This document shows positions 24,423 through 38,400 of a stretch of DNA of 64,000 nt, in pieces. The position numbers and the translations under genes are program-made. The notes below the pieces were generated by a model, which saw only the letters and a program-made list of their open reading frames with translations, was not told the DNA's origin and made no database searches. The stretch is from Chlorokybus atmophyticus (Eukaryota; Plantae; Mesostigma and Chlorokybus algae). Within the stretch, counting starts at the first letter, position 1; every line of letters begins with the position of its first letter. The stretch spans positions 1,803,186 through 1,867,185 of the forward strand of contig RHPI01002533.1 in NCBI GenBank assembly GCA_009103225.1, read 5' to 3'.

Positions 24423-25341
24423 NNNNNNNNNNNNNNNNNNNNNNNNNNNNNNNNNNNNNNNNNNNNNNNNNNNNNNNNNNNNNNNNNNNNNNNNNNNNNN
24501 NNNNNNNNNNNNNNNNNNNNNNNNNNNNNNNNNNNNNNNNNNNNNNNNNNNNNNNNNNNNNNNNNNNNNNNNNNNNNNNNNNNNNNNNNNNNNNNNNNNN
24601 NNNNNNNNNNNNNNNNNNNNNNNNNNNNNNNNNNNNNNNNNNNNNNNNNNNNNNNNNNNNNNNNNNNNNNNNNNNNNNNNNNNNNNNNNNNNNNNNNNNN
24701 NNNNNNNNNNNNNNNNNNNNNNNNNNNNNNNNNNNNNNNNNNNNNNNNNNNNNNNNNNNNNNNNNNNNNNNNNNNNNNNNNNNNNNNNNNNNNNNNNNNN
24801 NNNNNNNNNNNNNNNNNNNNNNNNNNNNNNNNNNNNNNNNNNNNNNNNNNNNNNNNNNNNNNNNNNNNNNNNNNNNNNNNNNNNNNNNNNNNNNNNNNNN
24901 NNNNNNNNNNNNNNNNNNNNNNNNNNNNNNNNNNNNNNNNNNNNNNNNNNNNNNNNNNNNNNNNNNNNNNNNNNNNNNNNNNNNNNNNNNNNNNNNNNNN
25001 NNNNNNNNNNNNNNNNNNNNNNNNNNNNNNNNNNNNNNNNNNNNNNNNNNNNNNNNNNNNNNNNNNNNNNNNNNNNNNNNNNNNNNNNNNNNNNNNNNNN
25101 NNNNNNNNNNNNNNNNNNNNNNNNNNNNNNNNNNNNNNNNNNNNNNNNNNNNNNNNNNNNNNNNNNNNNNNNNNNNNNNNNNNNNNNNNNNNNNNNNNNN
25201 NNNNNNNNNNNNNNNNNNNNNNNNNNNNNNNNNNNNNNNNNNNNNNNNNNNNNNNNNNNNNNNNNNNNNNNNNNNNNNNNNNNNNNNNNNNNNNNNNNNN
25301 NNNNNNNNNNNNNNNNNNNNNNNNNNNNNNNNNNNNNNNNN
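24423..25341. other. Assembly gap (N run)
   Basis: Run of N flanked by poly-G. Confidence 1.
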
Positions 25342-25641
25342 GGGGGCGGGGGTCTGGCAAGCTGCTGGTTATTGAATTCCATGAACACGAGCCATGATGT
25401 AGCGCTTGTTGCAGCAGGTTGTGCTTAGATTGACTGTCAAAGCAGAACACTTTGACCTACACATGTAACCTACACACTCCTACACCTACCAAAAGCATCA
25501 ATTGAGACTCGAAGTCAACAGTGACAGATGACAACCGCCCTTTGTTGTGCTCTCTTCGCCGTCCAATCAACCTGACGTAAAAATATGGCTTCCGATAATG
25601 ACAGCACACAACGCAGCATCTTGGTTTCAAATAATAATTAT

Positions 25642-28600
25642 CTAATCAAATCCACTGTGCTTTTACTCCTTGGTCTTGCCCTTCATCTTCTTCTTTTTGG
25701 TGGTATCTACTTCCTCCGCATCAAACAGGATCACCTGAAATCACCCGCCACGCAAGGTGTCATGAAAACCATCGCACATGTGACTACAAGCCCTCGCAAA
25801 GCAGCTAACAGACCCACGCAACGTAACGACCAAGCGCACAACAATTGCGGCATCAACCAGGGTGGAAGCTGCATGCAAGGCCTGCTACATTCATCAACAT
25901 CAGCAATGTCAACGTGACAATATGACTTTACCTCACTGGACCGCTTGTTGACTTGCTGCTTAGAGGCGTTCAGTTCCTCCTCCTTTGGTCGCCATATGTA
26001 TATTGACCTGTCCACCCATCAGGTATATAACCAATCATATGCTTCGAATCCGTGCGCAAAGCATAAATGTACTAGTATAATATGCCTTTTCATGTAGTGT
26101 ACCTGGAGCTGCCGGAGGCCAGGACGTCAAGCCGCGGATGCATTTTGTTCACGGGGGTGATCGTTGTGACGTTGGGATCTACAACGCTTGCCACCAGCTG
26201 GCCTGTGCTTGCATCTGTTACAAAACCCACATACAGCAAACAATTGATGAGCGACCCTAGCAGCCAATTGCAACAGAAACAACCCTCATGAACATGCCAA
26301 CAACTGCACCGATGAAGTCGATGGGGTGCAGGGGCACGCCGTTGTAATCATCGCTGATATACCGACCAACCACCACCAAACACTCTGTGGGGTCCTGCAT
26401 TTGTGTCATGGAGGCCATAAGGCAAAACATTCACTCAAACAAGCTAGTCGCTGTGTTACATACATGGCTGCGCAACACAACCTTCATATGGTACAACACA
26501 TGTGCATGCGTACAGGATATGTGCATATGTGGTTGTAGACATGCATGACACAAACAGCAGCATGCAAGCACGCTATTATACATCACCACTGAGCTATTTG
26601 CACTGTTCATGTGCATATGCATGTGCATGTACATGTGCGCGTGCATGCATGTTGTGCATACGTGTGACAGTGTGCACAACCAACAGGTGCTTGTAGTAAC
26701 CGACTCACCCTTGGGTCCCATTCTGCTTTGAAGGGCGACAAGTAGCGGTTGAAGTCATGACTGTGCACTATCTCCCGACTCGGGACGCTCAGATCACCAT
26801 ATATGTAGTCCCAGACTGCAACGAGAAAGATGACCCATGTCAACATTACAACAGCAGATTTGTAGAAATAAGAACTCATCCAACGTACCTCTCAAGCGGT
26901 TGTCTTGGCAAGTAGACAAAATCTTACTCCCCGTTTGCTGGCACACGAATGTTTAGCCAACCCTCTCCCACTACTGAGTCGACCAGAGATGATAATTGTC
27001 TTTCTCAGTTTGTCAAATCACTTACAGGTGAGAAGTAGGCCGAGTTGACAACACGCGGGTGCTGCATGCTTGCCAAGTGCTCCCCGCTGGCGAGCTTGCG
27101 CATGTCCCAAATGCGGGCCTGGCAGTCGATGAACCGGGTTGTGAGAAGTAAGTAGTAGTTTTGTTGCGTTGTAGATGGGAACCACCGGCCCTCGAACCGG
27201 CACAACACCGCTACCACCCACTACTACCACCACCACCACCACCACCACAACAACAACAACAAGAACAAGACATAACACAACCAAAGAATGGCGACGACGT
27301 GCCAACAACAACACCAATATGTAGTCGTTGAGTACTTACCGTGTGGTCGTTGCTAGCGGACAGAAGTATGGACGAGTCGAAAGGGTGCACTTGCAGGCTG
27401 ACAACTTTGGATCCCTTTGCGTGCAACTGTATGGACTGACCTCGTTTCTTGGTTCGCAAGTCCCACCTGCAGGGCACAGAAGTTATCCATGCATAACATG
27501 TAGCATTGTACACATTTGCACACAGTACTGTCAGTGTGGTGTGGTTAATGTCTGGGGCGTGCTTACATATGAACGTTCCCGGCATCGTCGCCAGCCAGCA
27601 GCACATTGCGACTGGCATCAATGTCACAGCCATAGAACATCCGCCAAGACCCCGCACCCTGCAATATGCACATAGTACAAAGTTCAAGTAAACAGCACAT
27701 CAACCAGCGGCGACACCATGAATACGTGCTACACACACACACGCGTGCACGCAAGCGCGCACACCACACCACCCAAATCTTGCCCGCACCGTTGCTCGCA
27801 AGCGCACACATACGCGCATGCACACAATAGCATCACATTAGTCACAAGGCCACGGCAGTACCTGCCACCCATGAGGGTTCAAGTCAATCGCCACGTCAAA
27901 GTCGCCTGTTTCGATGTCGAGCGCTCGCACTGTACCGTCCGAAGCGGCTGTGTAGCACTTATCATCTGATGAGACATGAAACCTGAAGGCAGGCAGACGC
28001 ACTTGTGAATATGACACATGGACACATCCAACTTGTCGGTCCAACATGTACCTGATGTTGTTGACAAGGCATGTATGGACGCTCTCGTAAACGGTCTTCT
28101 CGTACACCTTCTCAAAATCCCACACTGCCAGCTGTCCTTTCTGCTCACAAGTGGTACACGCATGTTAAGCCCTTCGCGGCGCAGACAACACACATGCGCA
28201 CATGTGTATATGTGTCAAGGACCCATCACCTTGTCACCGGACAACACGATGTTGTCCTTGGTGGGATGAAACTCCATCGAAGTGATGCGGCGGCTGTGCA
28301 GCTTTAGCACGGCCGCGTCAACTCTGTCGGGAATGGCTCCTGACCACTTCACCTCTCTTCTCCGACCCTACAACCAAGTTTCAAGTAACAGTTGTGATCG
28401 TGTAACTATTGTTCTGAACTACGAACAGTTCATATTGACAATCATAAGCTGTTTGTGAGTGGTTCAACAAATAACCCTAGCAGCGCTTATCACCTGGATT
28501 TCGCGCTCGCGCACGATGTCTATTGTGCTGCCACTCTGTCGGCGTGCCGCGGGACGCACGCCGTGCTCGGGTGCCGTGCGGTATGGACACGTGAGTGTCG

Positions 28601-29251
28601 TGTGACCTGCATGTGATGACGCGTATATCAGCGAAGAGTGGGGAGGCCGATGTGCGCGTGTGCACACGCGTGCATGCTTGCAACAGAGAGTGCATGCATG
28701 CAAGCATGGCGCTGCTGATCCATATACAGTCCAATGACTGAAGCAAGGCATACGTTGCAGGTGTTGACATTGCGCCTACCTGTTTGTTTGCACAAGTAGC
28801 AGGGCTTGTTGGGGCAGTCCATGTACACAGCACCCACAAACCCGGCCCGATGATCCTTTTCACCACACACCTATAACACACACAAGCATCGACCAATGCG
28901 CTTGTGACTTCAAGTAATAGTCAAACGCACAGGAAGACCCGAACGACAATGCAGCAGTAACATTGGATGGCTGCAACCCACCTTGCATGAGTTGACTCCT
29001 TTCTTCAGCTTGATAGGGCTGATTTTCTTCTGTCCTTTTCGTCCCGATGATGCTGATCTCCGCAGCGTCTTAACTTCAACCTTTTCCTCCTCCTCATCAG
29101 CGCCACCTTCACTGTCGCCATCATTGTCATCATCATCATCATCGGCTTCTGCCTCACCAGCAGCAGGAGCAGCAAAGTTGTCCTCCTCCTCCTCCTCCTC
29201 TTCCTCCTCCTCACTGGACTCCTGCTCTTCCTCTCTCTCCACGACGACCAT
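25642..29251 (-). CDS. DDB2: Damaged DNA-binding protein 2 (plant type: acidic N-terminus, CCHC zinc fingers, WD40 propeller); multi-exon
   Basis: Exons match plant DDB2 motifs as I recall them: CGEKDHRAGFVGAVYMDCPNKPCYLCKQTGHTTLTCPYR, HSRRITSMEFHPTKDNIVLSGDK, VWDFEKVYEK, HPRVVNSAYFSP, HSHDFNRYLSPFKAEWDP, VGRYISDDYNGVPLHPIDF, TITPVNKMHPRLDVLASGSSRSIYIWRP; last exon KKKKMKGKTKR...* (TAG 25642). The true start may lie upstream of ATG 29251. Confidence 0.95.
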
Positions 29252-30315
29252 GCGTGTGGTGCGCAGAGACCTTCGCTTCACACTGCATGCATGTATGTGT
29301 GTGCGAATGCACAAGAGTGTGTGCTTGTGCATGTGTGCGTGAGTGTGGGGTGCGTGTGTGCATGCAAGCAAGTTTCAACCGCAGTTGTTTGATCGAAGAA
29401 CACATACTGAAAGGCCAGGAAAGCATGTGTGACCTTCCAGTGCCAGCAGAGAAAACAGCGAGCTGTGTGTCGTGCTGGACATGCGCATGCAGAACATCGT
29501 GCTACTGGGGACGCATGCTTGCTGGAACCACTTGCTTCTGGTAGTTGTGCATGTGCAGATGGGCACATACAGACAGGATTTCGTGTACGCATTTGGTGTC
29601 ATGAGCTCTCAACTCCAAGCTGCCACAATACATGCAAACTCCCTGTCTAGCATGCAGCACCACAACGAGCTCCTCCTCTCACGATATGAGGTGGAACAAT
29701 CAATGATAGTGACCATGCCTGCACTCTGAGTCAAAAGAGAAGCTTGAACCAGGGTTCCAACCAGCTGCTACCAGTGCTGTTTGCTTACAGCGTCATGGTT
29801 GAGTGGCTCTGCTGGTCAAGCTGCTCGTCGGTACGCAGGCAAGCTGGATCCTGCTGTCGTTGTAGCCCACTGCCTCCTCCTCCTGCTTCTCCTCGTCCTC
29901 CTTGTGCTTCTCCTCCTTGTCGTGCTCCTGCTCTGTCTACGGCGCCGCCGCTGCTTCCTCCGCCGCCCACGTCAGTACGGCACGCGTTGTACTATACCTG
30001 CAGCTGGTTGTTGCTCAGCTGCTTGTGGGCGGCGGTGTGGGCGGCAGGGACGGTGGCGTGGTCGGCGGCAGCTGCGGCGGGCGGCTGGCTCGCCTCTTCC
30101 TCCTGCTCCTCCTCCTCGTCCTGCTCCTCCTCCTATACCGCTTCCTCTACGGCCGGCTTTTATCGTCCCACCGTCCAGCTCACCAAAGGCGTCAGAGGCT
30201 TCTTGCTGCTCAACACAGGTACAAGCTTCTAGAGTTTCGTGCACATGCTTGCACAAGTTACAGACACACTTTAGCTATTAGCTGACAGCAGCAAAGCAGT
30301 CACTACAGAATGGAA

Positions 30316-30379
30316 AAGTCAAGTCAAGTCAAGTCAAGAGAGAGTCAAGTCAAGTCAAGTCAAGTCAAGTCAAGTCAAG
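30316..30379. repeat. (AAGTC)n pentanucleotide microsatellite in two blocks separated by a short GA spacer
   Basis: aagtcaagtcaagtcaagtcaag-agag-agtcaagtc...caag read directly. Confidence 0.95.
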
Positions 30380-30744
30380 AGAGAACCATCTTGCACCCAA
30401 TAGAGTGCAAGATGGTTCTCTCTCTTTGCTGGAGCATGGGAAGCTGAAGGTTGCTTTGTTCTTGACATGGATTCGTTACATATATCACTTGCACATGCAA
30501 GTGTATGTGTGTGTAAAGTACATATACATCTATATACACGTGTACGTGTACATGTACATGCACACCTACCAGTTCAGAATCTGAGTTCATATGGTGTAAC
30601 TACTGTTGGATGACAGATGCTGCGGTTATTGTCATGTCATCAGCATTGACCTTGTTGCATGAAGGATGGCCGTTTTTCTCCCTGCAGTTATACAATGTTG
30701 CTGATAGACATGCCCTTTGCTTCTTCACTCACACAGGCCATGCC

Positions 30745-33700
30745 ATGAGTGGGGCACCTCGACATCGCCGCGACCGTACACAGCAGCAAGGTGCGCAATG
30801 TGAAGTGAAGAACAATGCAAGTTGTGCACGTGTGTATGGATGTGCACGTGCGTGTGCGCATATGTGTGTCTGCGTGTGCATGTGTGTGCGCATGTGTGAA
30901 AGCAACTGTAACAACATGCCAACATTGCCAGACACAATAAGTTGACAAGCACCAGGGTGCTGTGCGTGTCCAATGAAGTACAGCTGCACGGATAGCACTT
31001 GTTACAGCTTCTCCTGATTTGGATGTTGGATCTGCAGTACTGTGGAGGCCAAAGAGTGCAGCGTCAAGCTCAAAGGACACTTCCAATGCAACAAGCTCAG
31101 CACCAACATCAGACAGTACAGTAGTAGCCACCACCACCACCACCACCACACCACCACCACCGGTAACAACAACAGCAACAACAAAACCAACAACAAAGCC
31201 AATCACAGCAACAACGACAGTGACAGCGCCATTATTACCAACGTCAGGAATTAAACCACCGACAACAGCAGCGACCACACCAACATCTGCAGTAAAGCCA
31301 CTGACAACAACAGCAGCAACAGGCGAAGCAAGGAAACCTCATTCCAACACTCCTTCTGCTCCAACACAGCCATCCGTTTTGGCACGCTCTTGCAGCGCTC
31401 CTCTCACACCCGCTGCCAGCGTCTCATCAAGCAGCGCCAACAATGCACACAATCACGTGGTAGCTGCAGCCTTGCGTGCCGAGAGTGAAGGGATTGCACG
31501 GCCGAGTCTAGACGCCAGCTGGAATGCTGCACTTGAGGTGATAAGCGCATGCGTGCATGCGTGTTCTGCCATGTTAATCATAGCTGCTTGACAGGATTGA
31601 TGGTGAGGTTGTTGTCGGCAGTTTGTTGTTGGTTATGTGAAAATGCACACAACCACTTCGCCCGTGTGCGTGTTTACTGCCGCTGGGTACCAGTGTATTT
31701 TGTCAACGTGTTAGTTCCTCGCAGCAATTCTACTCTACGCTGCTGCCGAGCCACCAAGATTGGCTGAACCGAAGGCGGCTGATTGACAAAGTCAGTGAGG
31801 TGGTCGCTCAGGCCTATCCAAGTGAGTTTCGTGCGTGAACATTGTGTGTACAACTTCATGGTGTGCTCTGTTTAGAAAAAGGGAAGTGCACATACAGTCG
31901 CTGTGCTCAGACAGTGTGCCTCTTACAGTTGAGTGTACACATGTGTTGTGTGTCCACATTGTGCCCGTGCGCACACAGGCGCGCGCGCAGACACATTGCA
32001 TGGTGGCGTTTGCACGTTGGTTTTGCACAAGTATGTACGACCGTGTGCAAAGCTGTTATGTTGTTTTGGTAAGCCACAATGCAAAGCAGGTGGTAGAGTG
32101 GAAGCATTTGGTTCGTTTGAGGCCGATTTGTATGGTCCCACCAGCGATCTGGACCTGTGTTTAGAGTGCATGTTGCCCGCCGGCACAAGTCCAGCCGACA
32201 AGAACAGAGTGTTGGCTAATGTTGCAAAGCGCCTGAGAAGAGAGGCGAATCTGAGAAATTTCATCCACCTTCGCCACACTCGCGTCCCGCTGATCAAGTT
32301 TTATGATGAGACTCTGCACATACATTGCGACTTGAGCATAGGCGAAGGTGGCTCTGCTGTCAAGTCGAGAACACTTAGAAGCGTCGTTGATGCCTTCCCG
32401 CACGTGAAGAAGCAGCTGTATCTGGTGAGTACAACATAAGCGTGTAAGTTGAGCCTCTTGTATTAGTTCAAAGATGCTTGATGACTGTCGACTGTGGGTG
32501 TATATGGGCGTGTGTGCCCGTGCTTGTGCGTGTGTGCCCATGTGTGCACGTCTGCGTATGTGTGCATGCGTGCTTGTCAACATCATGTTACTGACTTAAA
32601 CTAACTTGTGTGTCCACTGTGTTAGCTCAAGCACTTTGCCTCATTTTGTTGATTCAGGTGAAAGCCTGGGCTCAAGCGCACGACTTGATTGATGGGTCGC
32701 GCAGTCGGCTGAACTCCTATGCAGTGAACTTGATGGTAATGAATCTGAAGTAAGTTGTGTAGGCTAGTACTAGACATCAAGCATGTCTTCCTGACCCAGG
32801 ACTTCTGGTTATGCTTGCTCTGCTCGCATACAATTGCATGCCCACACTTGCAGTCTGCACAGGTGTTGTTCCATCTGCAACGAGTGGACCCGCCAGTGCT
32901 GCCGCCATTCAGACTGCTGTTAGCGCCAGGGGAAGAGCTCAACGCACACAACATCAAAGCAGCTGGTGGACTTATTGGAAGCCTTGGCGACATGCGCGAG
33001 GAACTGCGAGCGCGTGGCAACGCGCGCATCGAACAGCACAAGGTTTGTATGAGATGCTTAGTCACACGGCTTGATAGTCCACATGCTTGGTATGGTAGCA
33101 TTTTGCGCCCGAATCACATCTCTTACTGCTGCGCTGTGTGCGTATGTTTGTGTTGTGCACAGGACTTGTACTTGACGAACAGCCAGCAGTGGACGACAGC
33201 GGACTTGTTTGCCACGTTTTTCCAGCGGGTAAGTTGGGTTTGGCTACTACTACTTCGCACGTGCCATCTGTCAAATGTGTCATTGTGCAGTATGCATCGC
33301 GTGGTGCACATGCGCGGGCACACACATGAAAGTTTGGCTGCATATGTCTGTAATGTTTTTTAAATTGTGCCTGTGGTTTGGCTCAGTATGCGGTAGTAAG
33401 CAACCTTTTCGCCCAATCGCTGTGCGCGTGTCCTTACACCGGGGACTGGACGACCTCATTCACTTGGCGCAGATACTGCATGGCCATCCAGGTAACGCAA
33501 AACAAGACAGAAAACACATCAACATTTTATAAGCCAATCACCAACCGTACCAACATCCACCTAACCTTTCCCCCATTCAGGACCCTTTTGAGGCCGATGA
33601 GAACCCGGCGCGGTCTCTATCAGACAACATAGCGTTGCAGACCTTTGCTGTGTTCAACACAGCGGCGCTGCTGCTGGAAAACTCGCCCGCGCCGGCCGTG

Positions 33701-34412
33701 CATCGGTCGGTGCTGAAGCAGATGTTCCAGCCACCGGCATTACTTCCGGTTTCGGTCATGATCAAGGAGGAAGCGGAGATGAGTGCTGCAGGTCAAGCTG
33801 GCAATGAGCTTACTGCAGCAATATCGAAGCAAAGAAGGTGATGATATGCATGCACATGTGCAATGCATGCATGCATGCGCTGGTGTATTGGCATCAAGCA
33901 TATACCAGGGCGTGCATGCATGCATGCACGTTGATGTTGTTAGCGTACTTTTGTCAGCTTGAAACAATGCCCTCTTGCGCCACATGTGACATAGAGCACG
34001 CATGGCATCCATGGATACATGTGTGCACGCAGTTCATGCATAACATGCATTCCATGGCTGTAGACCCTTGTCATGCTGATTTGAAGACATTATTTTCACG
34101 CTCTATGTGTGCAGGCGCAGGCGCAAATGGGGCAAGCCAAAGCCAGCTCCACAGGCAGGTGTTGTTCTGATTGATGACATTGGCGCAGAACAAGCGCAGC
34201 AGCTCTCGTCTGAGGCCAGCGCTCGCGTGGAAAAACAAGCAGCTGCGGCTCAGCAATGGAGGCAACAGCAACGACAACAGCCACAACCACGCCCACAATT
34301 ACAATCACGACGAGAAGAGCAAGAACCACAGCGACACCAACATCAGCAGGATGATTCGACAGGTGTCGTTGAACCGCTTCAACGTGTTCAGATAGCCCAG
34401 GTAGACTTATGA
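30745..34412 (+). CDS. HESO1: Terminal uridylyltransferase / non-canonical poly(A) polymerase, HESO1/MUT68-like; multi-exon
   Basis: Catalytic FGSFEADLYGPTSDLDL, TRVPLIKF, third Asp HCDLSI, VKAWAQAHDL...LNSYAVNLM, PAP-associated IQ|DPFEADENPARS; Thr-rich N-terminal exon and Gln-rich tail. The start ATG at 30745 is inferred. Confidence 0.85.
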
Positions 34413-35477
34413 GAGGCATCCAACAAGAGGAGTCCTATCCACAACATCCTGCAGTCAGTGGTTTATGCTTTACTTGTGCTGTCGCCGTTGTGGAAGCACA
34501 ATATACCTATATCATACAACTTTTATCTTAACAAGAGTTAACTCAGAAGCCGTCGGTTGCGGAGACAGAGTCTGCAACACTGACACTGACAATGCCTGTT
34601 GCGTCGCTACAAACACGCGGGTTTGCTGATTGCTCTCTTGTTGTGGCGCACGACCTTGTAATCAGTCTTCAGCTGCTGAAGTTCAGCATACCAGACTCAG
34701 GTGTTTTACCTTGCACAGGGGGGCGTAGACGTAGGTGTAGGAGTAGAGTAGGTAGCCCGGTGGTCGTGTATGTAGTAACGAGGTGAGTGTGTTCTGCAGA
34801 GTGTTGCATGCGTGGTGTGATCTGAATGGGCATACCCCTCTCGCATTTTCTGTACATAGTCTGCCTGCATTAAAGCAGCAGCAACGACGCTGATATGTGC
34901 ATTATGTGCACACGTCGCACAGGACAAGTGGGCACTGGTTATGGATATGTACTGACAGCAGTTATGCTACGCAAGGCTGCCAATGTTGCTACTAGTCTAT
35001 GTGCAAGCAGTGTTGGGCGTTGCATTGCCTACCACAACCACCAACACGGCTTTGCTGCATGTCTACATTGTGATCTACCTGTGTGTTGCAGACTTAGATA
35101 CAGCGCACACGCATAGGGTACAGCCAGGAGGTAGACAAATCATAGATAGCACAAACACCACACAACCACCAAGGCACCGCACAAATATCACTACACAAGC
35201 ACACCACCTAGCTAAGGGGCTGGTTCTAAGTGCTGATGCATAGGCAAGGCAGGCAAAGAAGGCCGGAGTTGCGCCCAGGTATACCTGTGCAGCGCAGGAG
35301 AGGCACAAGGAGGGAGAGGTAGAGGCATACGCATGCGCACATGCACACGCGAACACGCGCATGAGCACATGCGCCACCCATTATATTAAGCAGCGCAACA
35401 ACAAATCCTGTGCAACGGTGGCATTGCACTCAACAACAGACATCACGAAGCAGCCAACAACGCTACGCTAGCCATCA

Positions 35478-38400
35478 TCACGAAGCCACACCGGCCAGCG
35501 AGTCAATAATCAACCTGTACCCTTCGGGCACGGCGCTCTTGCTGCGAACAGAGTCCACCAGCAGTGCCATGTCGGTGCGGTCCAGCAGCGTGGACAGAAA
35601 CAGAAGTAGATGCAGGTCTGAGATGCGCTCACTGTATGGCTTATTCCTGTTTTTGGTGAGATGATCCCTGCCAAACAGCACGTTATATAAGATGAAAGAC
35701 CTTACTTGGTCATGTAGTCAACCATGTACCTCATCATATACAACAGGCATAAGAAACTGATGCTTGCTTAAGAACTGAGGTAAGTCATCACTCAGAAGCA
35801 GTGTCATAACTGATATGCAAATGCTATGAGTGACTGATAACAGCAATGCAAGCTCTCGAGGTTGCTTACTTGAGTGCTTCAAGATTTTGGCCAAATACGC
35901 GGTTCTCAACGGGAAACGTGTGAGAAAGGGGGCCTTCATGATCAAAGATTTTTGCGGGCACCAGGAAGAAGTCGTTGTCAACGATCATGGTGTCTTTGCC
36001 CAACAGTATCACCTCCTTGTTCATCTTGGTATGCTTGGGATCCTGTAAGTGCAAAGGAGTAAACTTAGCAAACATAAGTAGAGTATCACTCTGTATAAAA
36101 CAGATTTTCGAGCCTACAGAACTGCACAGCACATAACAGTTAACGCATCAACAACCATACTTGTGCTTGCATGTGCGCGCATGTATGGTCCTACATGTGT
36201 GTGCGCGTGTATGAGTGTGCGGTCATATACACGCAATCATGCGCGTGCACACGCTTAATTGGACACGAACACAAACAAAGGTGAGACCACAACAGCTCAG
36301 CCCTTTGGATCATGGATGACATGGATCATCAACGCCAAGGATGCCATGGCAACTCCAACCCCACTCACATCAGCAACCGGTTCGCCGAGGACGCCTTCCC
36401 GCAGCAGCTTGATGCACTGGTTGCTGCACTGGAACGCCTCAAAGTGCACCATGGGCGTGCCGTCCTGCGTGGGCTCGAGCTTCACTATCGCCGAGACAAA
36501 GAGCTCCCCGCCCTCGGATTGCAGCTCCGCCATCTGCCTCAGCTCCGCGCTCGACACAGTGTAATCTCTCGCTTTGTTACTCTGCAGATGTCACATACAC
36601 AGATGTGCACAAGCACATGCAGTCACATACGTGCACACACGCACGCAGACACACGCTTGCACGCATATACACATGCACACAACACCGAGCAACCACTCCG
36701 ACATTGCAGCATTGACTGTATCAGTGTTCAACTCTTACCTGAGTGAATATCCAGCCGACGCGTTTCAACCCGAGCCCGCTCGCAATGGCCTCTACGCGCT
36801 CCTCCTCGCTCGCGTTGTGCATCAAGACGAGGGTGTCTTCGGTCCCTTCTTGAGGCGGCTCGTAGATGGCCTCTACCCTCACCTACAAAGTGACTTGCAG
36901 TTGACAAGGTGGTCATGCGCGCTCGCGTTCATCTGCGCTCTCGTACGTGCACACGTGTGTATGCCTGACTTGTTTGCGTACAGGCATCCATGTATGAGCG
37001 TGTCTGTGTTTGCGCACATGCACGCACGCACGCACGCAGTACATATCCACTCATGCTGCATAGCACTACAATACATACATCCACATGCAGTACCAACCCA
37101 TACAGCTCAAAGCAGGCTGCACGGGACGCGTGCAAATATCAACATACAGTGCCTACCTCTTTCTGTTCTTCATCCACCACCCCGTACATGACCCCCGCCC
37201 TCTTGATTGAGAACCCGAGGCTGTCGTGTACATACGCCTGGAACGCGTTGGCGGCGTTGCGATCGAACGACACGCCCGCGCAGTGAGGAGTCTCCTGACG
37301 CTCGATCCGGATCTGACGGGCGATCAGCTCCTCAATCGTCATCTTGCCAGCGGGGAGCTTGGGAGGGGCTTTGGACTTGGGCTGGGAAAGGGGAGGAGAG
37401 GTGTGTGTTGGGTGGATGTTACGTCTTTACACTTGGCTGCTTTGCGTGAGTCACACACATGTATTCGCATGCACACGTGTGCGCATTTGATTGTGCGTTT
37501 TGTGAGGTACACTTGCACGCGCGCCAGTACTTATGTCCAATAACGCGCATACGGATCCATAATGATGTGCATGCACGCAGATAGACAAGCGACTAGGCAG
37601 ACACATGCAGACTGGTGCATAGACACCTGCCAAACCACACACACTCACGCGCACTGGTATGCACACAAGCAGCCACGCATGCACACAAGCAGGCTCACAG
37701 GGACGTGCATGTGCATGTACAAAGCACAAATCATCTATGCACACTTACGCAACCCACAAGCACATACACACATACACGCATGCATCCACACATCTCCCCT
37801 ACCTCCCTCTCCACGCTGTACGCCAGGTACAGCATCTCCCCATGCCTCGCATTCAGCAGTTTCCTTGGGTCGGCGAGGTCGGTGAAGGCGCGCTTGTCCG
37901 GCGCGAGCAGCACGTGCGGGTCCCTGCTTAGGGTTTGGTCGGACACGGGGACTTGTAAGGCAGTGGCTAGCTGCTGCTGGAACTGACCGACGGTGAGGGT
38001 GTCGCTGCTGACCTGGAGTGTGAGGGGTGTGTGAGTTGTTGCGTTGTTGGCGGACTTGTGAAAGAGAGAGACACATATGCGCGCGCACGCACACACGCAC
38101 ATGCACACAGGTAAGCCCGCGCAAGTGTTGAACGCACGCCAACAGAGTATACATCGACATGCTGTGCAATAGTTGCATGCATGAATAGTATGCATGTGCG
38201 TCAAAAGTTTGAACATGCACTTGCACTGCACTCTACACGGCGACCAGCTATGTAGCATACTTGCTTTCAGGGCAAGAAACCCTAATTTAGCCCTAAGCCC
38301 TAACTTGCAACCAAGCCTGAACTCTCGAAGCTGTGGCTGGCTCCACAAGCTCAAAGCCCGAGCGACGTGGCTGAATACCATGGCCAGAAAGGCTCAACAA

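Noticed and set aside
25585-25917. 110-aa plus-strand ORF with an apparent transmembrane segment
   Set aside because: It is antisense to the Lys-rich last exon of DDB2, and the hydrophobic stretch is the reverse complement of AAG/AAA codons.
34592-35430. Possible small gene between the HESO1-like and NPL4 stops
   Set aside because: Short ORFs with no domain signal; compatible with overlapping 3' UTRs or UTR introns.
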